NCBI GenBank assembly: GCA_951406725.2
Contig: OX597830.1
Location: 2,666,001 to 2,730,000, forward strand
Source of the DNA: Octopus vulgaris
Lineage: Eukaryota
Direction of reading: 5' to 3'
Length of the DNA: 64,000 nt
Part shown: piece after piece, positions 12,107-24,816 of the stretch
Layout: each line of letters begins with the position of its first letter
How positions within the stretch are numbered: the stretch's first letter is position 1
The notes under the pieces: generated by a model
What the model was told of the DNA's origin: nothing
Database searches by the model: none
The model's input: the letters and a program-made list of their open reading frames with translations, nothing else
Translations under genes and position numbers: made by a program

Positions 12107-14930
12107 TCATCAACATCATTTAATGTCTGTTTTCCATGCTGGCATGGGTTGGATGATTTGACCAAGGCTGGTGAGCAGGAAGGCTGCACCGGACTCCAGT
12201 CTGATTTGGCCTGGTTTTCTATGGCTGGATGCCCTTCCTAATGCCAACCATTCTAAGAATGTAATGGGTGCTTTTACATTCCACTCACACAGGTGCCATT
12301 TGCGTGACGCCAGTATCTTCCATGACTGTGATTTTGCTTGGCTTAATGGGTCTTCTTCTCAAACATGACATAAGCCAAAGGTCTCGGGCATTGCCTCCAT
12401 GAGGCCCAACACTTGAAAGGAACTCAGCCACTTTGTCTCCATGAGGCTCAAAGTTCATAGATCATGCTTCACCACTTTGTCCCATGTCTTCCTGGATCTA
12501 CATCTACCACAGGTTCCCTCCATAGTAAGAGATCAGCACTTCTTTACATAGATGTCTCATCGATATCCATCCCATGACCATATCAGTGCAATCGTCTCTC
12601 TTGCACACCATATCTGATTCCTCTTATGCCTTTCTCTCAAGATGCTTACACTTTGTTGAACATGCACACTGACATTGCACATCCAGTGAAGCATACTGGT
12701 TTCATTTCTTTGCAGCCTACGCATGTCCTCAGCTGTCATAGCCAATGTTTCACTGCCATGCAGCATAGCTGTTTGCACACAGGTATCTGCTTTTCACTCT
12801 GGAGGCCCTTTGCCAGTAGAGGTAGGAGCTCTCTGAACTTTGCTCAGCTTAATCTTATTCTCACAGCTACACTCTCGGAGCATCCACCTCTACTACCAAC
12901 TTGGTCACCTAGATAAAGGAAACTATCTACTACCTCTAGCTTGCTCCCATGGTAGTTGAAGGAGTTTATTTTCTGTACATTTGCAGCATTTATTGTACCT
13001 GTGCATCTTCCACATACAAAAGCTATTTTCCCTGTTAACCTTCCTCTGATATTGCTGCACCTCTTATGGGTCCATAGCTTACACTGGGTGCATCTTATGG
13101 AGTTTCTACCTATGCTTTTTCTACAGATTGAGCAGGGCCATCTAACTGAAGGAATTTAGGATTTGTCTGCCTTCCTACTTACTAAGACTTTGGATTTTGC
13201 TACTTTAACTCAGTGGTGCTTCTCCCTGGCACAAAACCAAACTGCATCTCATCTAGACTAACTCTCTCCCTAATTAGTTGGGCTATAACCCTCTCCGTGA
13301 CTTTCATTACCTGATTCAACAATTTGATACCTCTATAATTATTTCCATCGAAGTCATAACCTTTACTTTTGTAGCAGTTGACTATGGTGCTGCTACACCA
13401 GTCATTGGGTATGACTCCTTCATGAACCACCTGATTTATGGTGTGACTAGACCATAACCCACACCAGATATTTTAAGCATCTCAGCAGAGATTCCTGATG
13501 GACCAGGGGCTTTCCCTGTCTTCATATCCTTAACTGCTTTATCTGTCTGGGTACTGTCAAGTCGGATAGCTGGTCTCTCAGTTGAGTCAACATGTAGCAG
13601 ACTCTCCTCTTCGGATACATTCTCCACATTCAGCAGTCTTTCATAATGGCATCTCCAAGCCTCTTTCTTGGCAGAATCATTAAACGAAAGTACACCATCA
13701 TCCATGCAAACACATTTCTCTCCTTTGACATCATAATTTTCTATCACACACAGTCTTGCAATCCGAAACACTTCACTTTTTTGGCTCTCATGTCACTGAA
13801 CAGAGGCAAACTTCTTTTCAGCTTCCCTCTTGGATAGATTACACCTGTCTCCTAGCTTCACTTCTGGCTATCTGATACAGTTCCCTGCTACCCCAACTCT
13901 TCCAGGCCCATTTCTTTGCTCTAATGGCCCTGTCTACCACATCGTTCTACCACCACGTCACTTAGGTCTTTTGGGAGTTTGCACCAACCCCAGACTTAGT
14001 CTGTGGCACTCAGCAACCTGTTCTGTAGGAATTCCTTGTTTCCCTCTATGCCACAAGTTTGTAGCTCACCCTCCTTCTCATAAAATTTATCAATTAGGAG
14101 GTCCCTAAATCTCATGAAGAGTCCTTAAGCTTTCACATCCTTCTTTTCTAGATTGGTCTACTTCTTGGCATTCTTCTGTCCTGGAGTCTAAAATCACTAA
14201 TGACTAGTCTATGCTGGTGGATATATTCTTCACCAGGGAGGGGCTTTGCACTTAAGAGCAACCATGCATCCTGCTGCCTGCTGTGAATGTAATTGATCTG
14301 ACTAATGTAGCCACCTGATTGGTAGGTTACCAGGTGGCTGGTCAGCTTACAGAAGTTGCTGCTGCAGAACCAATTCCTTGTCCCCCATGTACACCATGGA
14401 AAATACTGGGCTGCCATCCAAGATGCCCATTGAAGTCCTCAACCACAAAGATGAGATCCTTGTCATTCATCTCAGATGTAGCCTGCAGAAGAATATCATA
14501 AAAATGGTCCTTCTGTTCATTTGGTAGGCCTTCTGTGGAGCATAGGCAGAGATAATTGATACTATGCTATTCTGCAAGACTAGCTTGAACTTAAGTACTC
14601 TATTCCTCACTTTGTCTACCTCTACGACCTTACCCACCCATTTCTCTGCAAAAAGTATGACCACACCACCTACTCCATCACTGTTACTTTCCCAGAAGAT
14701 TTTTATACCTATGTATCTTGCCTGTGAGGAACCTGGCTGAAGCTCCTCTCCTCCTTACCTCTTGGATGCAGCATACATCAACACACCTCCATTCAAGCAA
14801 CTCAACACTCTCGCTAGACCTGCTTTTCAATGTCCCTACATTGACAGTGCCAACTCTGAGAACTGGGTGAGGGGTGCGGGAGGCAACACAAGCAGGAGAG
14901 ATGGTATTGGACACTTGAAAAGAAGGTTTC
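12107..14930 (-). mobile_element. RTE-clade LINE, decayed, with APE endonuclease, partial RT (core deleted), PHD finger and 3' UTR ending in (GAT)n
   Basis: APE motifs VGTVNVGTL, VCCIQEVR, ISAYAPQ, QHRLVISDF. RT N-terminus KAPGPSGI, NYRGIKLL, QFGFVPGRSTT. Then KSKVLVS, EVVDSFLYLG, MLHGSET. Many frameshifts. Confidence 0.92.
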
Positions 14931-16175
14931 AGTGATCGCTTGGTAACAGATATGTCACATCAGTTGGTTTCACTTTAACTTATCATCATTCAAATATGTT
15001 AAAATTGTTGTCCCTATTGGTAGTGAGTAGCATTGTAAATATAAGCATTACTACTGCAAACAGAAATAGGTCAATGTATAAATTGATTATTTATATAAAT
15101 GATCAGCTATTGGTTAGTCCATTATGTATAGGGAGAAAGAGGAAGATGGCTTGTTAATTTACTAATAATTTCCAATGTAACCTATCACCATTTGGTGCAT
15201 GCAGTAGTTTAGGGACTTGTTGGTGGCAGAGGAGGAGGGACGAAGGTATGCAAGTGTTTTGGTACAGAAGTGAGGTACAGCCCTGTAGGGGTTTCCAGTA
15301 TTGAGAATCGATTTCTGGTATAGGTGGGAGGAGATGAAACAATGTTAAAACTCTGGGTCTGTGGATCTGCAATTGAAATTCTGTGTTTCTTATCACAGGA
15401 ATCTCTTTGAGATATTACGTTGGCAAAATATAACAGGCTGCAGTGAGAAACATTTGCCTGGGAAACTGCACAGTTGAACTGAACCCAAAATCTTATGAAT
15501 GTGAAGCAAAGTTTGATATTACTTCAGCCATGCCTATACTCATATGTATATAGATATGCTCCCTCTCTCTTGCTTTCCCCCTCCATTCTTTTTCTGTTCT
15601 TCTCTGTTTTTCTCTCTTTCTCTCTCTATCTTATACATGCACAAAGTAAATGCTTATGAGTTGAATACAGTACGCTAATGATAACCTGTACCTTACTGAA
15701 ATGCTGTTATTATAACCATGAATCTGCAAGGCACATAATGTTCTTCCTTCCGCTTCCACTGACTGGAATCAAATCTGTTCCTCTTCTCTTTCATGGCTGA
15801 GTGATTATTAATAAGAAGAGAATTCATCTGTAGAATCTGTTGATCCAATAAAAAACATCTCACCACCCATGCTCACAGATGCCTCTGAGTGTAACACAAA
15901 TTATGGAAAATTGCATTCACAAATATACATAAAATACGGGCGTGTGTAGGTATGTGTATGTATATCTATTTATCTACAGCTTTATATGTCTATGTTTGTG
16001 AATATATATATAAATATAGACACACACATATTTTTAGATTATATAGACATGAATAAGTATGAGTATTTGTATATATATATAGCTATACATATATGCTCAT
16101 ATTCATATATATATATATATACTCTCACACATATTTGTATATAAACATACACAATCACGCACACACACACACATG

Positions 16176-16330
16176 TACAGAGTTATATCTTTAGATTTCA
16201 ATTTATATTTAATAAAGATGTATCTAGTCTCCCAATGAAAGAAGTTCTCTTGGAAAAAACACTGGATTTTCAGCAGCTTGGAATAATCATTGGCTGACTA
16301 GTTTCACCTTTCATTAAAGTCTCATCAGTT
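16176..16330 (-). repeat. Hammerhead-like PLE-type terminal fragment, homologous (inverted) to 18320-18462
   Basis: Minus strand reads CTGATGA-gactttaatgaaaggt-GAAAC-TA-GTC. It shares 'attccaagctg' and 'ataactctgta' with the 18320-18462 copy. Stem I does not pair. Confidence 0.55.
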
Positions 16331-16571
16331 AGAAATGAGTATGGACAGAATCATTACAGAACCAGACAAAATGTCTTATAGTATTTCTTTTAGATCTCTA
16401 CATTCCAAGTTCAACATAGAACTTCATCTTCTAAGGTCGAATATCAAATAGAATATCAATGAGGTTAATAGTATTGAATGCCATCCTCTCTACCTAAATG
16501 GTTTGCCTTGTTCCTAAATTAGAAACCATTAGAAGTTCTTAAGTGATCACCAAGTGATGTCATCCAAGCTA

Positions 16572-17824
16572 TGAGGGTCAGCTGAAAAGTTTGTAGCTTG
16601 ACCAAGATACTCTCCTGGAATCTGACCAAATGGAGTTTATTTTTCAACATAGTTCTCCTTGCAATCAACATTCTCCTTCCATCGGCCCCTTGCAGTGCTT
16701 GGATCCCATTGGTGAAGATGCTATCATCTTGCTGGTTAAAAAAGTCGTTAACAGCAGATATGCTTTCATTATCCCTGTGACACTGGTTCTCATCCAAGTG
16801 TTTTTTTTATCATATTGGGGAACAGATGATAGTCAGATGGAACCAAATCAGAAGAATAGGGAGGTGATCAATCAATTCAAAGCCTCAGACATATACATTG
16901 GTGCTTGAATCTAAGGACTTGTGTTTTGGAGCATTGTCCTGATCAAACAAGACCCGTTTTGTTAGTTTTCCTGGTTGTTTGTTCTTGATAGCCTTTCGTA
17001 ACTGCTTCAGCAAGTTGGCATGAGACTCTCCATTGATGATGTGACTCCTTTGAAGATAATCAATAAACGCAATAACTTTCGTATTCCCAAAACTGAAACC
17101 ATCACCTTCCTTGTAAATGAAACCTTCTTTGCAGCAGGTGTGGAGGAATGTTTCCATTGTGTAGATTGTCTCTTTGTCTCTGGCTCAAAGCGATAAACCT
17201 AACACTCACCCTGGGTTAGGAAATGATCAAGGTAACCAGCTGGGTCTACCTCAAACAATCCTATGATGTGATGCACTTTTGATTAGGTGTCAGAAAATGT
17301 AGCATCCACCAACCAGAAAACTTTGAAATGCCAAGTTCATTGTGTAGAATATTCTCAACTCTCTCTCTCTCAGGGTAAGCTAATAGCATTGGCCATTTGA
17401 TTTATAGTCAACCACCAGTCATCCATCAGCATGTGTTGAACATGATCAATGTTTTCGTAGGTGGTGGCAGTTGCAGAATGTCCAGACCCTAGTCATCTTC
17501 AAGACTCTTCATCCCCCTCATAAATTCAGCTTCCTATTGTTGCACTGTTGATAAAGCTGGAGCATCATCCTCTGATGTAACAGTCAGGTCAGCATGAATG
17601 TCCTTTCTCTGCAAGGAATTGACGACACTGATGCCAAATTAGTTCATTTTCAGAAGTCATTACTAGTTACTTTTGGAGTCTTCTTTGAGCAGTCAGATGT
17701 TAGCTTACCTGGAAAGAAACAATCCAGGTATTAATAAGAGGTGTTGGATTTAGTGAATGCCATATTTTACAGCTCAAGTTTCCCTTTTTCATAGTCAGCC
17801 TAAGAACTTTTCAGCCCACCTTCA
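16572..17824 (-). mobile_element. Decayed mariner (Tc1/mariner) DNA transposon
   Basis: Imperfect ~30-bp TIRs (tgagggtcagctgaaaagtt / aacttttcagcccaccttca) with TA on both sides. Transposase remnants LLKQLRKAIKNKQPGKLTKRVLFDQDNAPKH and FFNQQDDSIFTNGIQAL. Confidence 0.9.
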
Positions 17825-17954
17825 TAAAGTAGAACTACTAAAAAGAAATGAAGATTATTTCAGGCTAACCAAAATGTACATAAATTTATAAGATTCTTTG
17901 CCCGGTACTATTATGACTTGAAGCATAATTATTCATAACTATTGTTGCATTGTT

Positions 17955-18166
17955 CTATATTTAAGAGATGAGGAATTATTTACATTATTTACATTAGACG
18001 GATATTTGTCCTCATCTTGTTTGTTGTTAACACAACGTTTCGGCTGATATACCCTCCAGTCTTCATTTCCCCAAGACACCTGATGAAGGCTGGACGGTAT
18101 AACAGCTGAAATGTTGTGTTAACAAGAAACAAGATGAGGACAAATATCCGTCAAATGTAAATAATG
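17955..18166. mobile_element. Foldback insert IR2 (arms 17981-18066/18083-18168) with hammerhead motif and ~15-bp TSD
   Basis: The arms are reverse complements. Flanked by tattgttgcattgtt (17940-17954) and tattgttgtattgtt (18167-18181). Confidence 0.85.
18075..18120 (+). ncRNA. Minimal type-I hammerhead ribozyme motif (CpG-decayed)
   Basis: gacac-CTGATGA-a-ggctg(loop)cagct-GAAA-tgtt-gtgtt. The opposite arm keeps 'cagccGAAACGTTgtgtt', giving a consensus palindromic stem III and a GUU triplet. Confidence 0.65.
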
Positions 18167-19414
18167 TATTGTTGTATTGTTGCTCCACTTCTTAGTGTCC
18201 TGTGATCTATCTTGAACCATTAGGCAAATTACATTACACCTAACATAATCTCATTAACGTTTTTGCAGGTAGCTGTACTCTATTTTCTTCTCTCTGTTTA
18301 GAAGACATCAGTGAGTCATCACTGATGAGTTTTTAATGAAAAATGAAACTGTACCCTTGATTCTCATTCCAAGCTGTTGCAAGTTTTGTTGGTTAACAAA
18401 GGAAACCACTTAAGCAATGGGACTAAATGCATGTTTATTTAGCATTTATGGATAACTCTGTAGAAATATCGTAAAGTTTATACCTCGCTCAGAGACTTAT
18501 TATTGTCTGTAGAAATATTTATTCATAAACCTCACAGCTTTCATACTCTCAACATACAAATATATAATAGAAATATCATATTCCCCTCCCAAGCATTATT
18601 ACACCTGCCTCTTCTCCCCATCACGCTCCTGCAGCCTACTGACCATATCATCTCTCTCTCTCTCTTTCTGATTACTGTATCATATTTACTACTCCTGCTG
18701 CTTGCCCACCTCACCCTACACTCTTCTGCAACCCTCTGTATCCCCCAACTCATGGCTCCTTGCTCATCCACCCTTCAACCCTACTCATTCTGGCAATCTG
18801 CCCCCCCCCACCTATCCCCTTATTCTACATCCCCCCCACATGCAAGCCTGAAAACCAGTTCTTCAACTCACCCTGTACCTTGTGGGCCACCAATGCAATG
18901 CATCCACATTATATATTCTCTTGCAGCTCTTCTCTTTATTTGTACTTTCTCTTGTGCTCCTTCTTTAGATGTGAGAAGCCATGTCAATCTCTACAAAAAC
19001 CCACATTTCAGCCCCCCCCCCCCCACGTCTTATAGTTCCTTCCCCTCATCAACAATCATGAAGCTGACCCCAACCCCTAGGGTTTGTAGTCTGCAAGCTG
19101 CAGTAGAACTTCAGTAGTGCAGGTGGCATAAAAAAAAAATGGTATTCAGTCCCCACTGTAAAGGGGTTGGCATTAGAAAGAAGGGCCCCCAGCTGTTGAG
19201 ATGGGGCTGAAGCAGACCCTGTAGCATGAAACAGTGCTTTGATACATTGGATCCAGTCAAACCATTCAACCCATGCTGGCATGGAACATGGGCCTTAAAC
19301 GATGATGATGTTGATATCTATATGTATGTATACACACATGCACACGTACACAAATATATGTATACATATTTGTGTGTAAGCGTATATATACATATATATG
19401 TATGGATATATGTT

Positions 19415-19825
19415 CTTTTATTATTTTACTTGTTTCAGTCATTTAATTGTCACCATGCTGGAGCACACACTTTAGTCAAACAAATTGATCCAAGGACTAA
19501 TTCTATTGGTCTCTTTTGCCAAACTGCTAAGCTATGGGGACTTAAACACACCAACATCGGTTGTCCAGCGATGGAAGGGGGACAAACACATACACAAATA
19601 TATACATATATTTGGTAGACAGAAACTGAAAGAAGCCCATTGTGTGTGTATATATATACACATACATAGGGCTTCTTCCAGTTTCCATCTAACAAGTCCA
19701 CTCACAGGGCTTTGGTAAGCCTGAGGCTATAGCAGAAGATACTTGCCCAATGTGTCACACAGTGGGACTGAACCTGGAACCATGTGGTTAGGAAGCAAGC
19801 TTCTTACCACACAGCCACTCCTGTG
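19415..19825 (-). mobile_element. SINE family B, near full length
   Basis: Minus-strand head 'caggagtggctgtgtggtaagaagcttgcttcctaaccacatggttccaggttcagtccc' (A/B boxes). Tail 'tgactgaaacaagtaaaataataaaaga'. Confidence 0.85.
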
Positions 19826-20515
19826 ACTCTGCCTCTCTCTCTCTATATATATATGTGTATGCATGTGTGTGTGTATAGATATATACATAAGAATAGACAG
19901 AAATAATGGGTTATATTCATTTATTAAATTATTATAGACTCACAGTTGGTGCATTTATTTTTATCTTTATTTTTTACTTTTCTTTCTATTTTTATTTGGT
20001 TACTTTTGTTTAGCTTTGTTTTTATTTGATTTCGTTTTTGTTTTATCTTCCTCCTTTAGTACTTTGTGTACTTTACTCTCCAGTCCTATCTAAGAATCAT
20101 ATCTCAGCCTTATTATTGCAGCTGCACCAATAATACTTTGCCCAATGATTTAGAAATGTTATCCACTCTTAGTCTTACCAGTTACAGTTTATTTATTTAT
20201 AATCCATGATTACCAGTTCTCGCTATTTCTGTTAACTGTTTTGTACACAGGTGAATCGCTCATAATTAATTAGATAAACTTTGACACTTTAGGTTTAAAA
20301 CAATTAGCAATATCATAGCAGCTTTTGGCTTGTATATTTGCATCATTTGCAAAATGTAGGAAAACTTCAAAGGCTTGCTGCTGACCATAAGGATGTTGTG
20401 GGATATTAAATTCCTTTACGGATGTCAATACTATTAACCCATGGTAAAAGAAAACAATAGATTAAGTGTGATGTCTAAGAAACAGGTGAATTAGTTCTGA
20501 ACAAATGACTCACTG

Positions 20516-21140
20516 ACCAAATATTTGCATTTCCCTAGATAATTCTCCCCTGGCTGCAACTGTCTGACTTGTACCATTCGGGAAGTCATGCAGCCACTCC
20601 CCTAATTTAGCAGCCATGCCAAGGTTTTGCTGCTTGTGACATATCATGCCATGATCAACTTTGTCAAGGGCCTTTGCAAAGTCCAGATATATCACATCAC
20701 CATTTGAATGGTCAAGTAGCTGCCTCAGGACCCAGTCATAATGCTGCAAGAGCTGCGTGGGGCAGCTTCTACCTGGACGGAAGCCATGCTGGGTCTCATT
20801 CAGCAAATCATTTTCTTCTGACAATTCATTCCGTGACTTTGCTAAAATGTGAAGTCAGAGAGATGGGCTTGTAGCTCCCAGCCTCTGCTCTGCTTCCACC
20901 TTTATGGATAGGACATATGATGACTTGCTTCATCTTTTTGGGAAGTTTACCTCTTGCAAAGAAACTCTGGAAGAGTATCTGGAGTGGTCCCGCTAATTCT
21001 TGTTTACATGACTTTAGGAGGACAACTGGGAAACCATTGGGGCCAGTTGCCGAATTTGAATTCATTTCGTTTATGGCTGCCATTACATCTTCCTCTTCAA
21101 TGTTGGTGCCTTTTTCCTGACTGACTGCTGTCCAATGGTT
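20516..21140 (-). pseudogene. CR1-type LINE reverse transcriptase fragment
   Basis: SATGPNGFP, PIHKGG..YKPISLTS, QHGFRPGRSC, VIYLDFAKALDKVDH. Frameshifted and truncated. Confidence 0.88.
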
Positions 21141-21724
21141 AGAAGCACCAATGAAGGGAACAGAAATATATACACTTAACATACACACTCACGCATATTC
21201 ATATATACCCAGTTGCTTATGAATTAGCCTTTTGGCCATCTATCCTCTCCATGTACAGAACATAAGGTGTCAATGATCTGGGAAATTTATGTGGATAAGT
21301 AGAGTATATAAGGCAGGATTGATACATGAAATGTCTGTGGATTAGTGTGTATAAAGCCCATCCCAGGACTTAGTCTTTTGCTCCTGGCACCTGCATCAGA
21401 ATATATATTGAGAGACAAAGAATGAAGTAAGGTGAACTTGAGGTGTTACATCTTTTATGAGTTACAAAGAAATGATGGAATGACTCCAACAGCTCTAAGT
21501 CAAAATATGTTTGACATGTTCACAGAAGATGTTCGTACGTCTCAAAGATGTTCATGGAAGATGTTTGTACATTCGAAGATGTCTTTTGAAATTCTGATAT
21601 GGATATTGGTGTTTAACTCTTCTTGATCTTGACTCTGGTTCCATGATACAAGACTGACCATTTTATAAAAGCTTGTCTTTAAAATGAAACCTTTCATCAC
21701 AATTTGATATAAGAAATATTTAAG

Positions 21725-22012
21725 GCCACAAGCTGGCAGAATCATTCCTGAGCAAAGGAAAAAAAATTGCTTAGCAGCATTTCTTCTGATTTTACATTCT
21801 GAGTTCGAAGCCAGAGGTGTAACCAGCCCACTTATGCTTACTTTCCCTTCAATGGACACTGCTTGCAAAGACCTATTGAGGCAAGTGAAATCGAAATCAA
21901 ATTCAATGATTAGCATCCGTGCTAGTGGAGCACTTTGAGCACCATCCGAGCGTAATCGTTGCCAGAGTGGCTAACTAGCGTTCATGCCGGTGGCACATAA
22001 AAAGCACCATTG
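21725..22012 (+). mobile_element. SINE family A 5' half joined to RTE-type 3' modules
   Basis: 'agctggcagaatc...ttctgagttcgaa' is directly followed by sequence containing 'gcatccgtgctagtggagcac..agcaccatccgagcg' (as at 5423). Confidence 0.55.
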
Positions 22013-22997
22013 TAAAATTAAACAATTTCATCATCGAAATCTTAAGACAAAAAGGTTGGGCATGAGTAATTCAAAGGAATAAGAATAAACAAGCCTTATA
22101 TTTGACAGGGAAATCTGAATGCTAAAGCATTAACACTTTAGACACATTATATTTCCCTAGAGAAGGTCATTGATGGATTAGAAATACAATAATACTTTAT
22201 CAAAGTCTTCTTCCCCAACATCATAAGTTAGTTCCACAATGAAATTCATCTTTTCTTTTCTCTAGTTGCAATCAAATGTTCACAAGAGCTAGAATTGGGT
22301 GGTCTATATTCTATAATTAGCATGTGATTAGAACATAACACGTATTCTTACATTTAAAATTAAGATCAAAGTTGTATATTTAAATATAAATGTTTTAAAA
22401 CAACTGTTTTCTTCATATTATTCTGTGATAAGGACACCATATGCAGATGAGGACACCACTCCCAGGTGAGGACACCATTCCCAAATGAGAACAACTCTCT
22501 GACAATATAAAAATTACTCATCTCAGAAATACAAAATTGTATTAATTGTTTTTTTTTTTTTTTTCCTCTGTGAACCAAAGGTATTCTCAGGTGGGATGTG
22601 ATCAAATGGTTTAAAATACTGATTAGCTTATGATATGATGGAAACAGCTGTTATTTGTAACAACAATGGTTTTGTTTGTAAATCTAAAGCTGGTTTCATA
22701 GGTCAGTGGAGTCACAAACATTAGCTAATGGAATGAGTGGGTGGGTGTACTCTCATAAAGTGAAAGCAACAAGAGAGTCTATCGTGTATGTACATGGGTT
22801 CATACAGGCAAAGCATACAGTGGAAGGGGAGGAAATACTCATGACTCCCAGCCACCAGACAATGATACAGAATGGTTCCCAACAAAGTGATTGCTTTAGT
22901 TGACTTCAAGAGAAAAAGCTGGTGATGTATTTCTGCTGCTCCTATATTTTCTGGTTGGAGAAAAACATGTCTGATGTTTATTACATCTTTATGTATG

Positions 22998-23048
<51 letters not shown>

Positions 23049-23578
23049 TTTTTTTCTTATCATACATGTATTAATTTTGTGATTCTTCTATGGCTTAGAA
23101 GTGTTTGACTTCTATTTTTAGTGAAGCAGGTGCTTATGTAGTACCCTAGTATATATAAATATATTTATATAACTTATATAAAATTTATTGTATACATATA
23201 TATATAGATCATTTTATATCTATCTATCCATATATATATATATAGATCATTATATATCTATCTATCTATCCATATATATATATATATATATCATCATCAT
23301 CATTTAGCGTCCGTTTTCCATGCTAGCATGGGTTGGACTATATATGTATGTATGTATCTATGTGTGTATAATGAGAGTTATTGGTATCTAGAAGACCCAA
23401 AGTGGTAGGTAAGGCTATGTAAGTGCTATGGAAGGATCATAGTTAAACTCTCAGTTTGATAATGATATGAGTAAGGAGTCTAATGTGGGTCTTGTATGAG
23501 TATGTATATGTTAAATAAAATGAGACAACAAAGCCAAGGCTGTGTGGAGTTTTCAGGACATTTCTAAAGAGAGAGCTA

Positions 23579-23626
23579 GTCTTACAGCCATTTCTGGGAT
23601 ATTAGGGATATCTCTTCATCAGAGAC
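23579..23626 (-). ncRNA. Minimal type-I hammerhead motif (antisense arm of IR3)
   Basis: gtct-CTGATGA-agagatatccctaatatccca-GAAAt-ggct-GTA-agac. Confidence 0.65.
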
Positions 23627-23852
23627 GATGTGAGGTGGTTAAATAGAGGGAAATATTAGAGTTCAATATACCACTTCTAAACACACCCCCCCCTTAGATA
23701 ATGGAACTGCAACTAAAACATTTTTATACACTTTTATTTTCATTTCTACATTCATTTTCCTATTTCCTTATATACTCCTTATTTCCTTCCTTTCCAAAAT
23801 AACTCCTCATATTGAACTCTAAATACTTCCCTCTATTTAACCATCTCACATT

Positions 23853-23900
23853 GTCTCTGATGAAGAGATATCCCTAATATCCCAGAAACGGCTGTAAGAC
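23853..23900 (+). ncRNA. Minimal type-I hammerhead motif (IR3)
   Basis: Stem I gtct/agac, core CTGATGA 23857-23863, stem II gatat/atatc, GAAAC 23885-23889, 4-nt loop GGCT, GUA triplet 23894-23896. Confidence 0.75.
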
Positions 23901-24039
23901 TAGCTCTCTCTTTTATAAATGTTCTGAAAACTCCACACAGCCTTGGCTTTGTTGTCTCATTTTATTTAATAAGTGTGTGTGTGTATGTATATATATATAG
24001 ATCAGAGTTACCCTCTCCAAGATGGGATGCCTTCACCAC

Positions 24040-24350
24040 AGTTAAGGAGCAACATCTGCCAGCAAGACATCTTCCACAAAAGCTGTCTGAGGACAATCTG
24101 CAGTTATTCCTTAAAAGACAGAGTTTCTAATGCCAGCCTGTTTAGCAAGTGTAAGACTGGTGGAATCGAGAGCATCCTTGTGCAATCCCAGTTGTGCTGG
24201 GCTGGCCATGTCATCAGGATGAATGATGAAAGAATACCCAAAGTCTTCATGGGCAGCCAGCTTGAGAGTGGGCACAGGAATATTGGGTGACCATGACTCA
24301 GATATAAGAAGAATAACCCTTTAGAGATGAATATATCTCCCAACATTTTT
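24040..24350 (+). pseudogene. RTE-BovB-like LINE C-terminal fragment
   Basis: FHKSCLRTIC..VSNASL..GIESILVQSQLCWAGHVIRMNDERIPK..GHRNIG, a typical RTE C-terminus. Confidence 0.8.
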
Positions 24351-24582
24351 GAGCAAATAAAATGGAGATCATTGTATCAAAAGGGTATTAGTAATTTTGT
24401 TGCAAGCAGCATTAACAGGGTTTGAGGTACAAGGCAAAGGAGTAATCCTGTTACTTGCAGGATCTGTGGCCTTCTTTGCAAATCGTTGACGGGACTTAAA
24501 TGTCACATTAGACATAAGCATTATGACTGACAAAGAAAGAGTATGTTGTCTGAGCCTCATATGTCGAAACCAAGAGTCCATC

Positions 24583-24630
<48 letters not shown>

Positions 24631-24816
24631 ATATATATACATATACATATGTATATGTATGTATATATATATGTAAACATATGCATACATGTGTATGTGT
24701 GCATATATATATGAGTCAATTATGATGATTATATAAATATATGTATACATACGCACACATACAGATACATTCACAGAACACCATATTTGTTAGTAAAATC
24801 CAACAAATATTAACTA

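Larger units (their letters stand above)
23370..23969. mobile_element. Foldback insert IR3 (arms 23511-23669/23809-23969, ~140-bp spacer, unpaired left extension), hammerhead motif in each arm
   Basis: The arms are near-perfect reverse complements, flanked by (TA/TG)n. The extension shares 'aggta..gctatgtaagtgct' with IR4. Confidence 0.9.

Noticed and set aside
18503-19117. 204-aa ORF
   Set aside because: Low-complexity C/T-rich sequence, non-ATG start and no motifs.
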